NCBI GenBank assembly: GCA_965208325.1
Contig: OZ242326.1
Coordinates: forward strand, 3,904,001 to 3,968,000
Direction: 5' to 3'
Source: Candidatus Poribacteria bacterium
GTDB lineage: Bacteria; Poribacteria; WGA-4E; PCPOR2b
DNA length: 64,000 bases
Positions 18,766 to 28,969 of the stretch are shown in pieces. The translations under genes were made by a program, and so were the position numbers. The number at the start of each line of letters is the position of its first letter. Positions within the stretch are counted from its first letter, which is position 1. The notes beneath the pieces were generated by a model that was given only the letters and a program-made list of their open reading frames with translations, had not been told where the DNA came from and did no database searches.

Positions 18766-20559
18766 ATGGAGAGGCGTTACATCCTAGCGATTGCGCTCAT
18801 GATTATTGTAATGGTTAGCTGGACCATCTTCTTTAGTCCGCCGCCGCCTGAGCAAACCCCCGACCGGCAGCGGGAGGATTTGCCGGCCTCCCCGTCTGAA
18901 TCAACGATTGAAACACCAACACCAACACAAAGGGATGAGTCATCGCTTTATTTGAGTAGGGTTCAAGAAGGTCCAAGAACTCTTGTGCAAACCGACAACT
19001 ATGAAATTTCCTTTATTGACGAGCGCGCAATTGTCGGTGAATGGAGACTTAGAAAATATCCAGATCGATCTACCAACGACGAATCAATCAACTTGATTCC
19101 AAAAAGTGCCCAAAGTTGCCTCCGAGTTGATATTCCTGATTTGAAGAATGACACAATGTCGGCTGTCTGGAAGGCGGACAAACAACAAGTGATTCTCACC
19201 GATCAGTCTCGAGACAGGTTGACCTTCAAAACTCAGATTGGAGATAAACTCAAGGTATCCAAAGAATTTACTTTTTATAATGATCGCTATTTTGTGGACG
19301 TAGCGCTGACTTTCGAAAACATATCAAATCAACCGTTAGAGAATTACAAACTGTATTGGGGACCGGGGATTAATGCAGACCTTCTTCTCCATGAGCGCAA
19401 GCACAGCGGCAAAGGGAGGAGGGCTTCTAAAAATGAGGGGGCGGTAGCATATTTAGGACACGGCAAGCCAAGACAAGATTTTAGCGATTCAGAGAAAAAC
19501 GCCCCCGTCCTATGGGCGGGGATGAATAGCAAGTATTTTGCCGCGCTTATGATTCCAGATCCATCGCTCAATGCTTTGTATGAACGTGAAGAACTTATAG
19601 ATAATGGAGAAATTCCATCGGCTGAGATTGCTGCCTGGAAAGACGCGGCAAGCCTTGTCATTTCCGGTATTTCCGTCAATGAACGGCGCACCGATGTATT
19701 TCGAGTCTATGTTGGACCCAAGGAAGATAGTATCCTGAATAGGGTGACACATCCCAACGCACCCGATGATCCGCTTAGAATGAACAAGATTATTGACCTT
19801 GGCTTTTTGTGGCCAGTTGCTTGGGCGATGCTCTGGTTGCTTCGTGGACTCAATAGTATAATTGGAAATTATGGAATTTCAATCATTCTATTGACCTTAT
19901 TTACGAAACTGGCTGCCTACCCGCTAATCCGAAAAAGCTATAAGTCAATGAAGGAAATGCAGGAACTCCAGCCCTTACTTGCAGAATTAAAGGAGAAATA
20001 CAGAGACGATCCGCAAAAGTTAAATCGTGCCACAATGCGGCTATACAAAGAACACGGTGTCAATCCACTAGGCGGCTGTATTCCTTGGATACCGCAGTTG
20101 CCAATCCTATTTGCGTTATTCACGGTCTTTGGAAACGCGGTTGAGCTTCGTGCCGCCCCTTTCTGCTTATGGATGGACGATTTGTCTGGCCCTGATACCT
20201 TGTTCCCGTTACCCTTTACGATTCCCCTGCTTTTGATTGATGCAGTTCGGTTTTTGCCCATCATCTACGGTGCTACAACCTTGTTACAACAAAAAATGAA
20301 TGCAGGGGTGACGCCTATCGCAGACAATACTCAGGCAAAGATTATGCAGTTTATTCCCTTTATCTTTGTGTTTATTCTTTACAATTGGTCATCGGGGTTA
20401 ATTCTTTATTGGACATGTAGTAACGTTTTTGAAATTGGACGGCACCTTTTAACTCAATTCCGGAAATCAGAGGAGACCGAGCCTGTTAAAACCTTAACAT
20501 CAGGAAAACAACCTAAGCTAACAAAAAGGAGATCTCAACTCCAAAATCGAAGATCTTAA
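18766..20559 (+). CDS. yidC: Membrane protein insertase YidC
   Basis: N-terminal TM, large periplasmic domain, GNYGISIILLT, LYKEHGVNPLGGC and GLILYW. Confidence 0.96.
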   Translation: MERRYILAIALMIIVMVSWTIFFSPPPPEQTPDRQREDLPASPSESTIETPTPTQRDESSLYLSRVQEGPRTLVQTDNYEISFIDERAIVGEWRLRKYPDRSTNDESINLIPKSAQSCLRVDIPDLKNDTMSAVWKADKQQVILTDQSRDRLTFKTQIGDKLKVSKEFTFYNDRYFVDVALTFENISNQPLENYKLYWGPGINADLLLHERKHSGKGRRASKNEGAVAYLGHGKPRQDFSDSEKNAPVLWAGMNSKYFAALMIPDPSLNALYEREELIDNGEIPSAEIAAWKDAASLVISGISVNERRTDVFRVYVGPKEDSILNRVTHPNAPDDPLRMNKIIDLGFLWPVAWAMLWLLRGLNSIIGNYGISIILLTLFTKLAAYPLIRKSYKSMKEMQELQPLLAELKEKYRDDPQKLNRATMRLYKEHGVNPLGGCIPWIPQLPILFALFTVFGNAVELRAAPFCLWMDDLSGPDTLFPLPFTIPLLLIDAVRFLPIIYGATTLLQQKMNAGVTPIADNTQAKIMQFIPFIFVFILYNWSSGLILYWTCSNVFEIGRHLLTQFRKSEETEPVKTLTSGKQPKLTKRRSQLQNRRS

Positions 20560-20615
20560 TTAAATCTACCATCAATTTTGGGTCTCATTTTGGGGTATCG
20601 GGAATACAAGGTACC

Positions 20616-21248
20616 GTGCAACAATATGTTGAAACGGAAGGCAAAACTACAGAAGAAGCTTTAGAACATGCACTTGAAAAACTCGACGTTAGCCGAGAAC
20701 AAGTCAGTGTAAAAGTTATCCATGAAGCCACAAAGGGAATCTTGGGATTAGGCACGAAATTAGCCAAAATCCGCGCTACCGTAAAGGGAGATATTTCCCC
20801 AACCCCGGAATCTGTGCTGCATGAACTGTTGACCCATATGGGAGTCGAAGCCGAGATTGAAACGCGTAGCATTGACGATAACGTTCATCTCATTGTTAGT
20901 GCTGATACTCCTGGCTTGTTAATTGGTAGACATGGACAGACACTTAATGCAATTGAATACTTGGTCAACTGTATTTTGAACAAGTCATCCTTAGTTAAGA
21001 AGAGAGTTTTCGTTGATACAGAGGGGTACCGTGAACGTCGTGAAACTCTACTTGTTGATTTGGCTAATCGAACAGCTGCCAAAGTGAAGGAATCAAACTT
21101 GGAGGTTGTCCTAAATCCGATGACACCTCAGGACCGTCGGATTGTACACCTCGCATTACAGTCGGACAATGGTGTTGCGACTTATAGCCGTGGAGAGGGC
21201 ATGCTGCGGTGCGTCGTGGTCACGCCACACGAAAACCACGACCCATGA
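20616..21248 (+). CDS. jag: RNA-binding protein Jag/EloR (Jag_N-KH-R3H)
   Basis: GKTTEEA, LIGRHGQTLNAI (KH), RRIVH (R3H). Confidence 0.95.
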   Translation: MQQYVETEGKTTEEALEHALEKLDVSREQVSVKVIHEATKGILGLGTKLAKIRATVKGDISPTPESVLHELLTHMGVEAEIETRSIDDNVHLIVSADTPGLLIGRHGQTLNAIEYLVNCILNKSSLVKKRVFVDTEGYRERRETLLVDLANRTAAKVKESNLEVVLNPMTPQDRRIVHLALQSDNGVATYSRGEGMLRCVVVTPHENHDP

Positions 21249-21257
21249 CATGGGGTT

Positions 21258-22643
21258 ATGAGTCTATCTGATACGATTGCTGCAATTGCAACGCCTCGGG
21301 GCGAAGGTGGCATCGGGATTGTAAGGGTTAGTGGTGCCCTTGCTGTACCTATCGCTTGTAAGATTTTCCGGTCACCACGACATATCTCGCCAGCTCAATT
21401 TTCGACCCATACCCTCAACTATGGGCGGGTTGTCAATCCCGTTTCAAATGCTGTAATTGATGAAGTCATGCTGGGAATTATGTTGGCGCCCAAATCTTAT
21501 ACGGCGGAGGACGTCGTTGAGTTTAACTGTCACGGAGGCGTCATCCCATTACAGCAAGTCCTCGAATTGACGCTGCGTGCGGGAGCGCGTCTTGCAGAAC
21601 CCGGAGAATTCACCAAACGCGCCTTTCTCAATGATAGATTGGATCTTGCCCAAGCAGAGGCAGTTGTTGATTTGATTCAATCTCAAACAGAACTCAATTT
21701 CCGCGTTGCTATGGATCTGCTTAGCGGAAAGCTATCCCAAGAAGTAAACGCGCTCAGTGACCGGCTTGCAGACCTGCTCGCAGAAGTTGAAGCGTCAATT
21801 GACTTTCCGGATGAAGACCTTGATTTCATTGATTTAGCGGCGGCGCGAAAATCCGCTGAAGCCATCCTCAACGGGTTAAACCGCTTGATGGCGACCGCGC
21901 CGGACGGTAAAATTTTGCGAGAAGGCGCCCGTGTCGCTATTCTCGGCAAGCCAAATGTTGGGAAATCAAGCTTACTTAATGCTTTGTTGCAACAAGAACG
22001 GGCGATTGTCACGGAAATCCCCGGCACGACTCGGGATACAATCGAAGAACCGCTGAACCTACGTGGCATTCCGCTTAAGTTAATTGATACCGCAGGTATA
22101 CATCAGACTGAAGATGTTGTTGAACGCCAAGGCATAGTGCGCAGCAAATCCTATTTAGACGGTGCAGATTTACTTCTAGTGATGTTTGATGCTTCCCAAC
22201 CGCTAACCGAAGCAGACAGGCAATTGTTAGACGCTGTCAACCGTAGTAATGCAATTTTCATATTAAACAAAGTAGATTTGCCCGTAGTAACGACGATTGC
22301 AACTCTTCAGACTTATGCTCCCCAGAATTCGGTAGTTAAAACGTCCGTTTTGTATGGAGACGGTATTGAAGATTTGAAAACGGCGGTACTAAAGGAAATT
22401 CTCAAGGGACGAGAAACAATTAGCGAAGGGGTGATTGTCACAAATATTCGTCACTACGAGGCATTGCGCCGAGCAAAAATTGCACTTGAACAGGCGCGTG
22501 ATAGCTTATTTCATGCACAGTCACATGACCTAATCGCGGTAGACTTGCGGACTAGTTTAGATTGTCTTGGTGAGATTGTTGGCAAAATAACAGCCGAAGA
22601 CATTCTAGACCGCATTTTCTCGCAATTCTGCATCGGAAAATAG
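21258..22643 (+). CDS. mnmE: tRNA U34 modification GTPase MnmE
   Basis: DTIAAIATP, GKPNVGKSS, GTTRD, DTAG, NKVD and C-terminal FCIGK. Confidence 0.98.
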   Translation: MSLSDTIAAIATPRGEGGIGIVRVSGALAVPIACKIFRSPRHISPAQFSTHTLNYGRVVNPVSNAVIDEVMLGIMLAPKSYTAEDVVEFNCHGGVIPLQQVLELTLRAGARLAEPGEFTKRAFLNDRLDLAQAEAVVDLIQSQTELNFRVAMDLLSGKLSQEVNALSDRLADLLAEVEASIDFPDEDLDFIDLAAARKSAEAILNGLNRLMATAPDGKILREGARVAILGKPNVGKSSLLNALLQQERAIVTEIPGTTRDTIEEPLNLRGIPLKLIDTAGIHQTEDVVERQGIVRSKSYLDGADLLLVMFDASQPLTEADRQLLDAVNRSNAIFILNKVDLPVVTTIATLQTYAPQNSVVKTSVLYGDGIEDLKTAVLKEILKGRETISEGVIVTNIRHYEALRRAKIALEQARDSLFHAQSHDLIAVDLRTSLDCLGEIVGKITAEDILDRIFSQFCIGK

Positions 22644-22659
22644 CACGGAGGGTGTATAA

Positions 22660-22911
22660 ATGTTGGGACCGCAGCAGTTGTGGTGTCCTCGCTGCAAGCG
22701 GTACGTGGACACGAAACAAAAGCAAAATAAAGCGGGAAGACATGCCAAATTAGTAAAAATTGTCACGACTTGTGGAAGATGTCGGACAACTTTGTGCAGT
22801 AAGACTACAAGCATTCAGGTGGTTGAACAGATTCAAGCCAAAGCGGTTACAGAGCAAATGCCAAGTGATTCAGAACGGGAGGAAACTGAGAAAAACGGGA
22901 ATGAGTCTTGA
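22660..22911 (+). CDS. Small zinc-ribbon-like hypothetical protein
   Basis: CPRC...CGRC, GGAGG RBS, 16 nt after mnmE. Confidence 0.65.
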   Translation: MLGPQQLWCPRCKRYVDTKQKQNKAGRHAKLVKIVTTCGRCRTTLCSKTTSIQVVEQIQAKAVTEQMPSDSEREETEKNGNES

Positions 22912-23222
22912 CCAATTGACCACAGGCAATTGGAATTCCAAACGTGATTATGAGGTATCAGTGGAGGTTTAAGGGTTTATTCAATCCGTACCCAGATCCC
23001 AGATTTGCCTCCAGCAATTAGCCAATTTTGCACCTAAGTAGAATGCAGCCTAAACCCAATAGTTTTCAAATCTCGTCGTGTCGAATTTGCGATAAATTCA
23101 ATATGGAACTAGTTTCTCGTACCGACGCCAAACTTGGAAATTTGCTCACATCGTTTGGACTAGGTAAATAATGATACGTTTAATTCTATAAGTACCAATT
23201 CCAATATCAAAGGAGAATACAG

Positions 23223-24122
23223 ATGTTCAATCGTACTTGGAAGCGGAATCAGCTATCGGTGTTGGTTATCCTGATGTTTACCGCCGCTGCCTATCCGCTG
23301 GCCTTTGCATCAACCGAGATTAAGTGGGAGAAGTCAATTGAGAAGGGAATGATGGAAGCCCAAGAAACAGGTAAACCCATTATGATGGACTTTTACACAG
23401 AATGGTGAGGTTCCTGTAAGCGGCTGGATGCCACTACGTTTAGTGATTCAAAAGTTGTTGAACTATCAAAAAAATTCGTTACCTTGAAGTTAAATCCGGA
23501 GTCAAGCGATGAGCACGCTGAAGCTTACAGGACATACGGAGATGGATCAGGCGCAGTCCCAACAATTGCATTCGTTGACACTGAAGGGAATCCAATCAGT
23601 GTTATTGTTGGTTACAGAGATGCAAAGGAATTTGCCGTGCTTATGGAGGGGACTCTCAAGGAGGAAGAACGGTTTCAGCAACTAAAAATTGAAATCAAAG
23701 AAAATCCAGATGCCCCGATGATTAATGCTGAAATTGCAATCATCTATGTCAAGCGGGGGGACATTGAGAATGGCAAACCTATCGCCGATAAAGTTCTTAA
23801 ACTAGATCCAATGAACAAAACCGGTTTGTTGCCGGATATCCACCTCAACCTAGGATTACATTACGCAACGCATGCTGATGAAGACAACGCGGAAGATTTT
23901 TATCGAAAGGCGGAGACGCACTTTCAAACGGTCATCGAAAAGTACGCACAAAGCACAGTTTATGAGCAGGCTAAGTATCACCTGAGCTTAACCTATGCAC
24001 TTCAAAAAAAGTATCAACAGGCAATCGAACTTCTTGAGACATTGAGCGATTCTAAGAACGAAGAAATTAAGGCAAACGCTGGTGTTTTGCTAGATCGCAT
24101 CAAAACGTTCATTGACGAGTAG
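23223..24122 (+). CDS. Exported thioredoxin-fold/TPR selenoprotein (UGA 23406-23408 read as Sec; WUGSC)
   Basis: ORFs 23223-23408 and 23484-24122 share one frame with only TGA between them: MDFYTEW-TGA-GSCKRLD. Signal peptide, TPR-like C-terminus and a downstream hairpin. Confidence 0.9.
23415..23437 (+). promoter_or_regulatory. Putative bacterial SECIS element
   Basis: GUA-A-G-C-GGC(UGGAU)GCC-A-C-UAC hairpin. Apical loop begins 16 nt after the UGA and has G at position 2. Confidence 0.6.
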
Positions 24123-24142
24123 CCTGCACTAACGTCACAATC

Positions 24143-24898
24143 CTAAGTCCCCTGATGATCCCGTGTAGGTTGTGATGCGGGATTAATGTCGTTCTGCAGC
24201 GACTGAACTTCAGCTGGCGTTAGCATTCGGTACTCTCCAAGTGCGAGTCGCCCGAGTTTGAGGCTTCCTATCTGCACCCGTTTCAGTTCAATCACGTTAT
24301 GCCCCACAGCTTTAAACATTCGGCGAATTTGCCGTTTTTTTCCTTCATGAATAACAAGTTTGAATTGTGCTAATTCTCCTTTGCGCCCAATTTGAACTAC
24401 AATCGCAGGTGCAGTGCAACCCCCTACAATTTCAATCCCATCTCGTAATTGCTGAATTGCTTGTTGGCTTGGTTGGCGCTCAACTTGTGCGATATACGTT
24501 TTCTTCACCTCATGGCTAGGATGAGTCAACCTATATGCGAACGCGCCGTCATTGGTCATGAGTAGGAGGCCTGATGTATCTAAGTCCAACCGTCCCACCG
24601 GATATATGTCTTGCGAACTGCCGCGCACAAGTTCCATGACAATTGGACGGCCCCGTTCATCGCTGCGGGTTGTTAGGTACCCCGTGGGTTTATTAAGCAT
24701 CAAGTAAACCCTTTGTGGGTTTCCCTCTACCCGGCTGCCATCAAACTTAATCGTGTCCCGATCCGCAACTATATGTCTACCCGGAACTCGGACACACTCA
24801 TCGTTGACCGTTACCCGCCCCGCTTGAATGTACTTTTTCGAGCTGCGTCGAGAAGCTATGCCGCATTCAGCAAGGAATTTTTCAAGACGCATGGACAT
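24143..24898 (-). CDS. rluB: rRNA pseudouridine synthase, RsuA/RluB family
   Basis: S4 domain (RLEKFLA...SRR), NKP.G, VGRLD catalytic Asp, EGKKRQIRRM. Confidence 0.88.
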   Translation of the reverse strand: MSMRLEKFLAECGIASRRSSKKYIQAGRVTVNDECVRVPGRHIVADRDTIKFDGSRVEGNPQRVYLMLNKPTGYLTTRSDERGRPIVMELVRGSSQDIYPVGRLDLDTSGLLLMTNDGAFAYRLTHPSHEVKKTYIAQVERQPSQQAIQQLRDGIEIVGGCTAPAIVVQIGRKGELAQFKLVIHEGKKRQIRRMFKAVGHNVIELKRVQIGSLKLGRLALGEYRMLTPAEVQSLQNDINPASQPTRDHQGT

Positions 24899-24940
24899 GC
24901 ACAAATGCCATTGAATGGATTGAGGGATTGGAGATGTTGC

Positions 24941-25600
24941 CTAACGAGTAAAGCCTAATTTATCGTGAAACTGTTCAATTCGCCAGCCATTAGCAGCAGC
25001 AATTCGGCGCAATTTCCCATCGGGATTGACGGCGACTGGATGACCGACCAGGTGAAGTTTGTGTGCGTCGGAGTAGTGGTTCCCGTACGCATAGGATTGG
25101 CTCAAGTCGAATCCGTGCTCCGTCGCAATCTGTTGAACCAAAATCGCCTTGTTTTCGCCATAACAATTCCTCCCGATTCGACGGCCAGTGACAGTCCCGT
25201 TTACAACCTCCAACACATTCCCAATCATCATATCCGTCTTTAAGTGATTATGAAACAATCTGATTAAAATCTCTAGCGATCCGGATAAGATAATTACCGT
25301 TCGTCCCTCCGCCCTATGAAATTCAATGTGCTCAAAAACTCGGGGAGAGATGCTATTGATGAGACGTTCAGCAACGCAAAGCTGCGCCATTGCACAAATG
25401 TGTTCGTATTCCAGTCCTCGCAAATAGACTTTGTTGGCTTTCGATTCGCGTAAATTTCTCGACTTGATGAAATAGGCAGTCCAACGCAACAAATTACCCA
25501 GCGGAATTTCTCCATTAGACAACAGGTAATTAAGGAAAACCCTCTCAGAAGAGCGATTGATGATAGTCCCGTCTAAATCGAAAATGGCACAAGTACGCAT
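24941..25600 (-). CDS. HAD-IB hydrolase (SerB-like)
   Basis: FDLDGT, SGS, K and YAYGNHYSD...P.AVNPD. Confidence 0.9.
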   Translation of the reverse strand: MRTCAIFDLDGTIINRSSERVFLNYLLSNGEIPLGNLLRWTAYFIKSRNLRESKANKVYLRGLEYEHICAMAQLCVAERLINSISPRVFEHIEFHRAEGRTVIILSGSLEILIRLFHNHLKTDMMIGNVLEVVNGTVTGRRIGRNCYGENKAILVQQIATEHGFDLSQSYAYGNHYSDAHKLHLVGHPVAVNPDGKLRRIAAANGWRIEQFHDKLGFTR

Positions 25601-25688
25601 GGAAATAACTCGCAAAATAGACGCTGGGCGTTATATGATTGTGTATATGTAAATTTCAAATGATGATGATGTGTCAGCGTTGCACCCA

Positions 25689-26429
25689 TCAGTCTAAAGT
25701 GCATGAGGCTTCTAACTGCCCCAATGCTGCTCGGTAGTCTTTAACTGCTTGTTGGATGCCGACGTAAAGGGCATGAGAGACTAGATGGTGACCGATAGAA
25801 ACCTCTAACAAGCCCGGTAATTTCCGCATCCGTGGCAGATTGTCTAAATTGAGATCGTGGCCGGCATTAATACCTAGCCCCAAACTAGCTGCCTTTTCCG
25901 CAGATTTAGCCAACAGGTTAAACTCAGCTTCAATCTCCTGCTCAGACGCTGCCGATGCGTAAGGTGCAGTGTACAACTCGATTCGGTCAGCGCCGACTTC
26001 CTTCGCTAAATCAATCTGCTTCAGATTTGTACCGCTGAATAAACTTACGCGAATCCCTACACCTTTCAGGCGTCGGATTACCGGTCTGAGTTGCTCTCCA
26101 TCTTTCGCCAAATCCCAGACATTATGGCTTGTAATTTCTCCCGGTACGACAGGTACGAGTGTGAACTGATCGGGACGAAGTTCCATGGCCATATCAAGCA
26201 AATCTGGTCTTGGGTCGCCTTCAATATTGTATTCAACCGTGACCGTCTCAGCAATCTCGCAAACATCATGCGGTGTTATATGCCGCTTGTCGGCTCTTGG
26301 GTGAACCGTGATTCCTTGCGCACCAGCCCTAATGCAGGTTTGGACGGCTTCAATCAAATTTGGGATATCCCCGCCTCTAGCATTTCTTAATGTCGCAAAT
26401 TTATTTACATTTACACTCAAGTTAATCAT
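25689..26429 (-). CDS. pdxJ: Pyridoxine 5'-phosphate synthase
   Basis: LSVNVNKFATLRNARG, GITVHPR.D.RHI, NAGHDL and EVSIGH. Confidence 0.96.
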   Translation of the reverse strand: MINLSVNVNKFATLRNARGGDIPNLIEAVQTCIRAGAQGITVHPRADKRHITPHDVCEIAETVTVEYNIEGDPRPDLLDMAMELRPDQFTLVPVVPGEITSHNVWDLAKDGEQLRPVIRRLKGVGIRVSLFSGTNLKQIDLAKEVGADRIELYTAPYASAASEQEIEAEFNLLAKSAEKAASLGLGINAGHDLNLDNLPRMRKLPGLLEVSIGHHLVSHALYVGIQQAVKDYRAALGQLEASCTLD

Positions 26430-26509
26430 CCGCTATTGCCTCCATCATCTCTAAACCAGCCTCCGTGAATGTGGTCGTAATTTCCATCCTCCCCAGAAAA
26501 TTTGCCGCA

Positions 26510-27655
26510 TCACCGCAGGTACATCAGTTTGTCAATTGCCTTCAAGCCGGTGCCTGTGAGAATTGATACAGTTAGGTCTCTTTCGCTGATAATTCCGCTT
26601 TCCACAAATTTTTTGAAGGCCGCGACGACGACAGCTGAAGTAGGTTCAACAAGGATGCCTTCTGCGGCAAGGACTTTAATCCCGTCAATTATTTCTTCAT
26701 CGTCGACAATCGTAAATGCGCCATTTGTCTCACTGATTGCCTTCAAAATCCTTTGTATTCGAATTGGTAACTCTGATGTAATGCCTTCGGCGAGTGTCTC
26801 TTGTGTCTGCGGAAACCTTTCAATTTGATCTTTATTTTCAACGTAAGCCTTGTAAATCGGATGGCAGGCAGCAGATTGTACGCCGAGCAAACTTGGTAAT
26901 CTGGAAATGATTTTCTGATCGTATAGCTCACGGAAACCAATGTACAAGCCCAAGTAAATGCTTCCAAATCCCACCGGACAAATGACCTGGTTGGGCGCTT
27001 TCCAACCAAGTTGTTCGACAATCTCAAAGGCAACTGTCTTTGTCCCTTCTAGGAAGAAGGGATTCCAGTTATGCGAAGCATAGAAAGTTGTCCTTGCCGC
27101 TTGAAGCGCAGCTTTCGTTGTTGCCAGTCGGTTTCCCTCAATCAGTTTCAACTTTGCACCGTACAGTGCAATTTGTGATAGCTTTCCTATTGATGTCGAC
27201 GCGGGACAGTGGATGGTACAGTCGATTCCGGCGCGCGCGCTATAGGCGGCTATCGCCGCACCGGCGTTACCCGAAGAATCCTCCACGATTTTTCCGACAC
27301 CGAGTTCTCTGATTTTAGACAATAGGACCGATGCTCCCCTATCTTTGTACGAACCCGTCGGAAATACGAAGTCCAATTTTAGGTAATGATTATAGGGCGA
27401 TTGATTTAACGCTACAAGCGGCGTCATTCCTTCACCGAACGAGACGACCGACGTATCACAATCAATTGGAATTGCCTCACGATAACGCCAGAGCGTGTTA
27501 TCACGCTGGGAAATTTTGTTGATCGGGAATGAAACTCCACTATTTCTTAATTCAAGTGGTTGCCCGCAATCGCATCTGTACAGAATAGCGTCAATTGGAT
27601 ATGTTTTGCCGCATCGGTTGCAGAGGTATTCCATCGCAGGTTCAAATTTAGACAA
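26510..27655 (-). CDS. thrC: Threonine synthase (PLP fold II; start may be ATG 27634)
   Basis: N-terminal CxxC/CxC, LWRY, GEG.TPL, PTGSYKDRG, SSGNAG, EP.SA and LTGTGLK. Confidence 0.85.
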   Translation of the reverse strand: MSKFEPAMEYLCNRCGKTYPIDAILYRCDCGQPLELRNSGVSFPINKISQRDNTLWRYREAIPIDCDTSVVSFGEGMTPLVALNQSPYNHYLKLDFVFPTGSYKDRGASVLLSKIRELGVGKIVEDSSGNAGAAIAAYSARAGIDCTIHCPASTSIGKLSQIALYGAKLKLIEGNRLATTKAALQAARTTFYASHNWNPFFLEGTKTVAFEIVEQLGWKAPNQVICPVGFGSIYLGLYIGFRELYDQKIISRLPSLLGVQSAACHPIYKAYVENKDQIERFPQTQETLAEGITSELPIRIQRILKAISETNGAFTIVDDEEIIDGIKVLAAEGILVEPTSAVVVAAFKKFVESGIISERDLTVSILTGTGLKAIDKLMYLR

Positions 27656-27692
27656 TTGCCTGTCGGCGTTGTGCGCTCGTAGCTACGGTGCA

Positions 27693-28811
27693 TTAAGCAT
27701 CACGCTTCTCGTCCTGAATTTGTTGTGCAGCCTCTAACAACGCGGCCGCTAAAAACTGAGGATTAACCTCAGCCTTTCCGCGAAATGTCCTTACTTTCTC
27801 GCCGCGAATCTTAAGTACTGCGAGTTCTTTGCCGCCTAAGTGAATTCCAGCTTCTGCATTACGCGTCTCTCCGGGGCCATTGACTTCACATCCCATGACG
27901 GCAACCGGAATCTTTATGCCGTGAGTTTCCAATAACGCCTCAGCGGCAGCGACTATCCCTTCATAATCTGCGAGTGGATCACCCCTTCCACAAAACGGGC
28001 ACGAGACTACATCCAATATATTATCCGCTAAACCCAATGTGCGAAGTAATTCCTTCGCCGTTAGAATTTCCTCGACGGGGTCGCCCGTTATTGAAATTCG
28101 AATAGTATCGCCAATACCATCCAATAACAGCGTGCCGATGCCGAGCGTGGATTTGACATGTGCGCGGCGAGGCGTTCCAGCTTCCGTCACACCGAGATGC
28201 AGTGGATACTCCACTTTTGCGGAGAGCAGCCGGTTCGCCTTTATCATTCTCCGTGGATCACTCGATTTAACAGAGATAGCGATATTCGTAAATCCGTGGT
28301 CTTCGCAAATTTTAACGTGACGCATCGCGCTTTCGACAAGCGCTTCCGCCGTAGGCGAGGGATATTTGTCAAGCAAGTCTTTTTCCAACGATCCCTCGTT
28401 GACCCCAATGCGGATTGGGATTCGCGCAGCGTTCGCTGCTGAGAGCACTTGGGCGATTCGCGGTTCATTTCCGATGTTCCCAGGGTTGATTCGAACTTTG
28501 GCGACGTTCGCGTCAATAGCCGCGAGGGCGTACCGATAGTTAAAGTGAATATCTGCGACAATCGGTACAGAAGCGCGCTTGACGATTGTGGAGAGAGCCC
28601 TCGCATCTCTTTCTTCAGGAACTGCTACTCGCACGATTTGTGCTCCGGCTTCCACGCACCGTTCGACTTGGCGTAAGGTAGCGTCTCTATCATACGTCAG
28701 GGTAGTCGTCATCGTTTGTATCGTAATCGGGTTTCCGTTACCGATTAACACATTCCCAACATGTATTTGCCGCGTGGGTTTTCGATTGCCGATTGGTGAT
28801 AAATATTCCAT
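27693..28811 (-). CDS. ispG: (E)-4-hydroxy-3-methylbut-2-enyl diphosphate synthase
   Basis: VADIHF, RINPGN, RIGVN.GS, HLGVTEAG, SCPFCGR and VMGCEVNGPGE. Confidence 0.97.
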   Translation of the reverse strand: MEYLSPIGNRKPTRQIHVGNVLIGNGNPITIQTMTTTLTYDRDATLRQVERCVEAGAQIVRVAVPEERDARALSTIVKRASVPIVADIHFNYRYALAAIDANVAKVRINPGNIGNEPRIAQVLSAANAARIPIRIGVNEGSLEKDLLDKYPSPTAEALVESAMRHVKICEDHGFTNIAISVKSSDPRRMIKANRLLSAKVEYPLHLGVTEAGTPRRAHVKSTLGIGTLLLDGIGDTIRISITGDPVEEILTAKELLRTLGLADNILDVVSCPFCGRGDPLADYEGIVAAAEALLETHGIKIPVAVMGCEVNGPGETRNAEAGIHLGGKELAVLKIRGEKVRTFRGKAEVNPQFLAAALLEAAQQIQDEKRDA

Positions 28812-28969
28812 AGGTCTTTTGCCTTTTCAAAACCGTTGAGACTGAGAGATTATGTCTCTTACAAAACATCCCTTACCGCTAAATGTAATATAGGCTAATT
28901 CCCTGTTGTTTCGAATCAGGTGAAATTCCAGTACACCTTAAAGGCTCAATTCACCCTAGGATTATGCGT

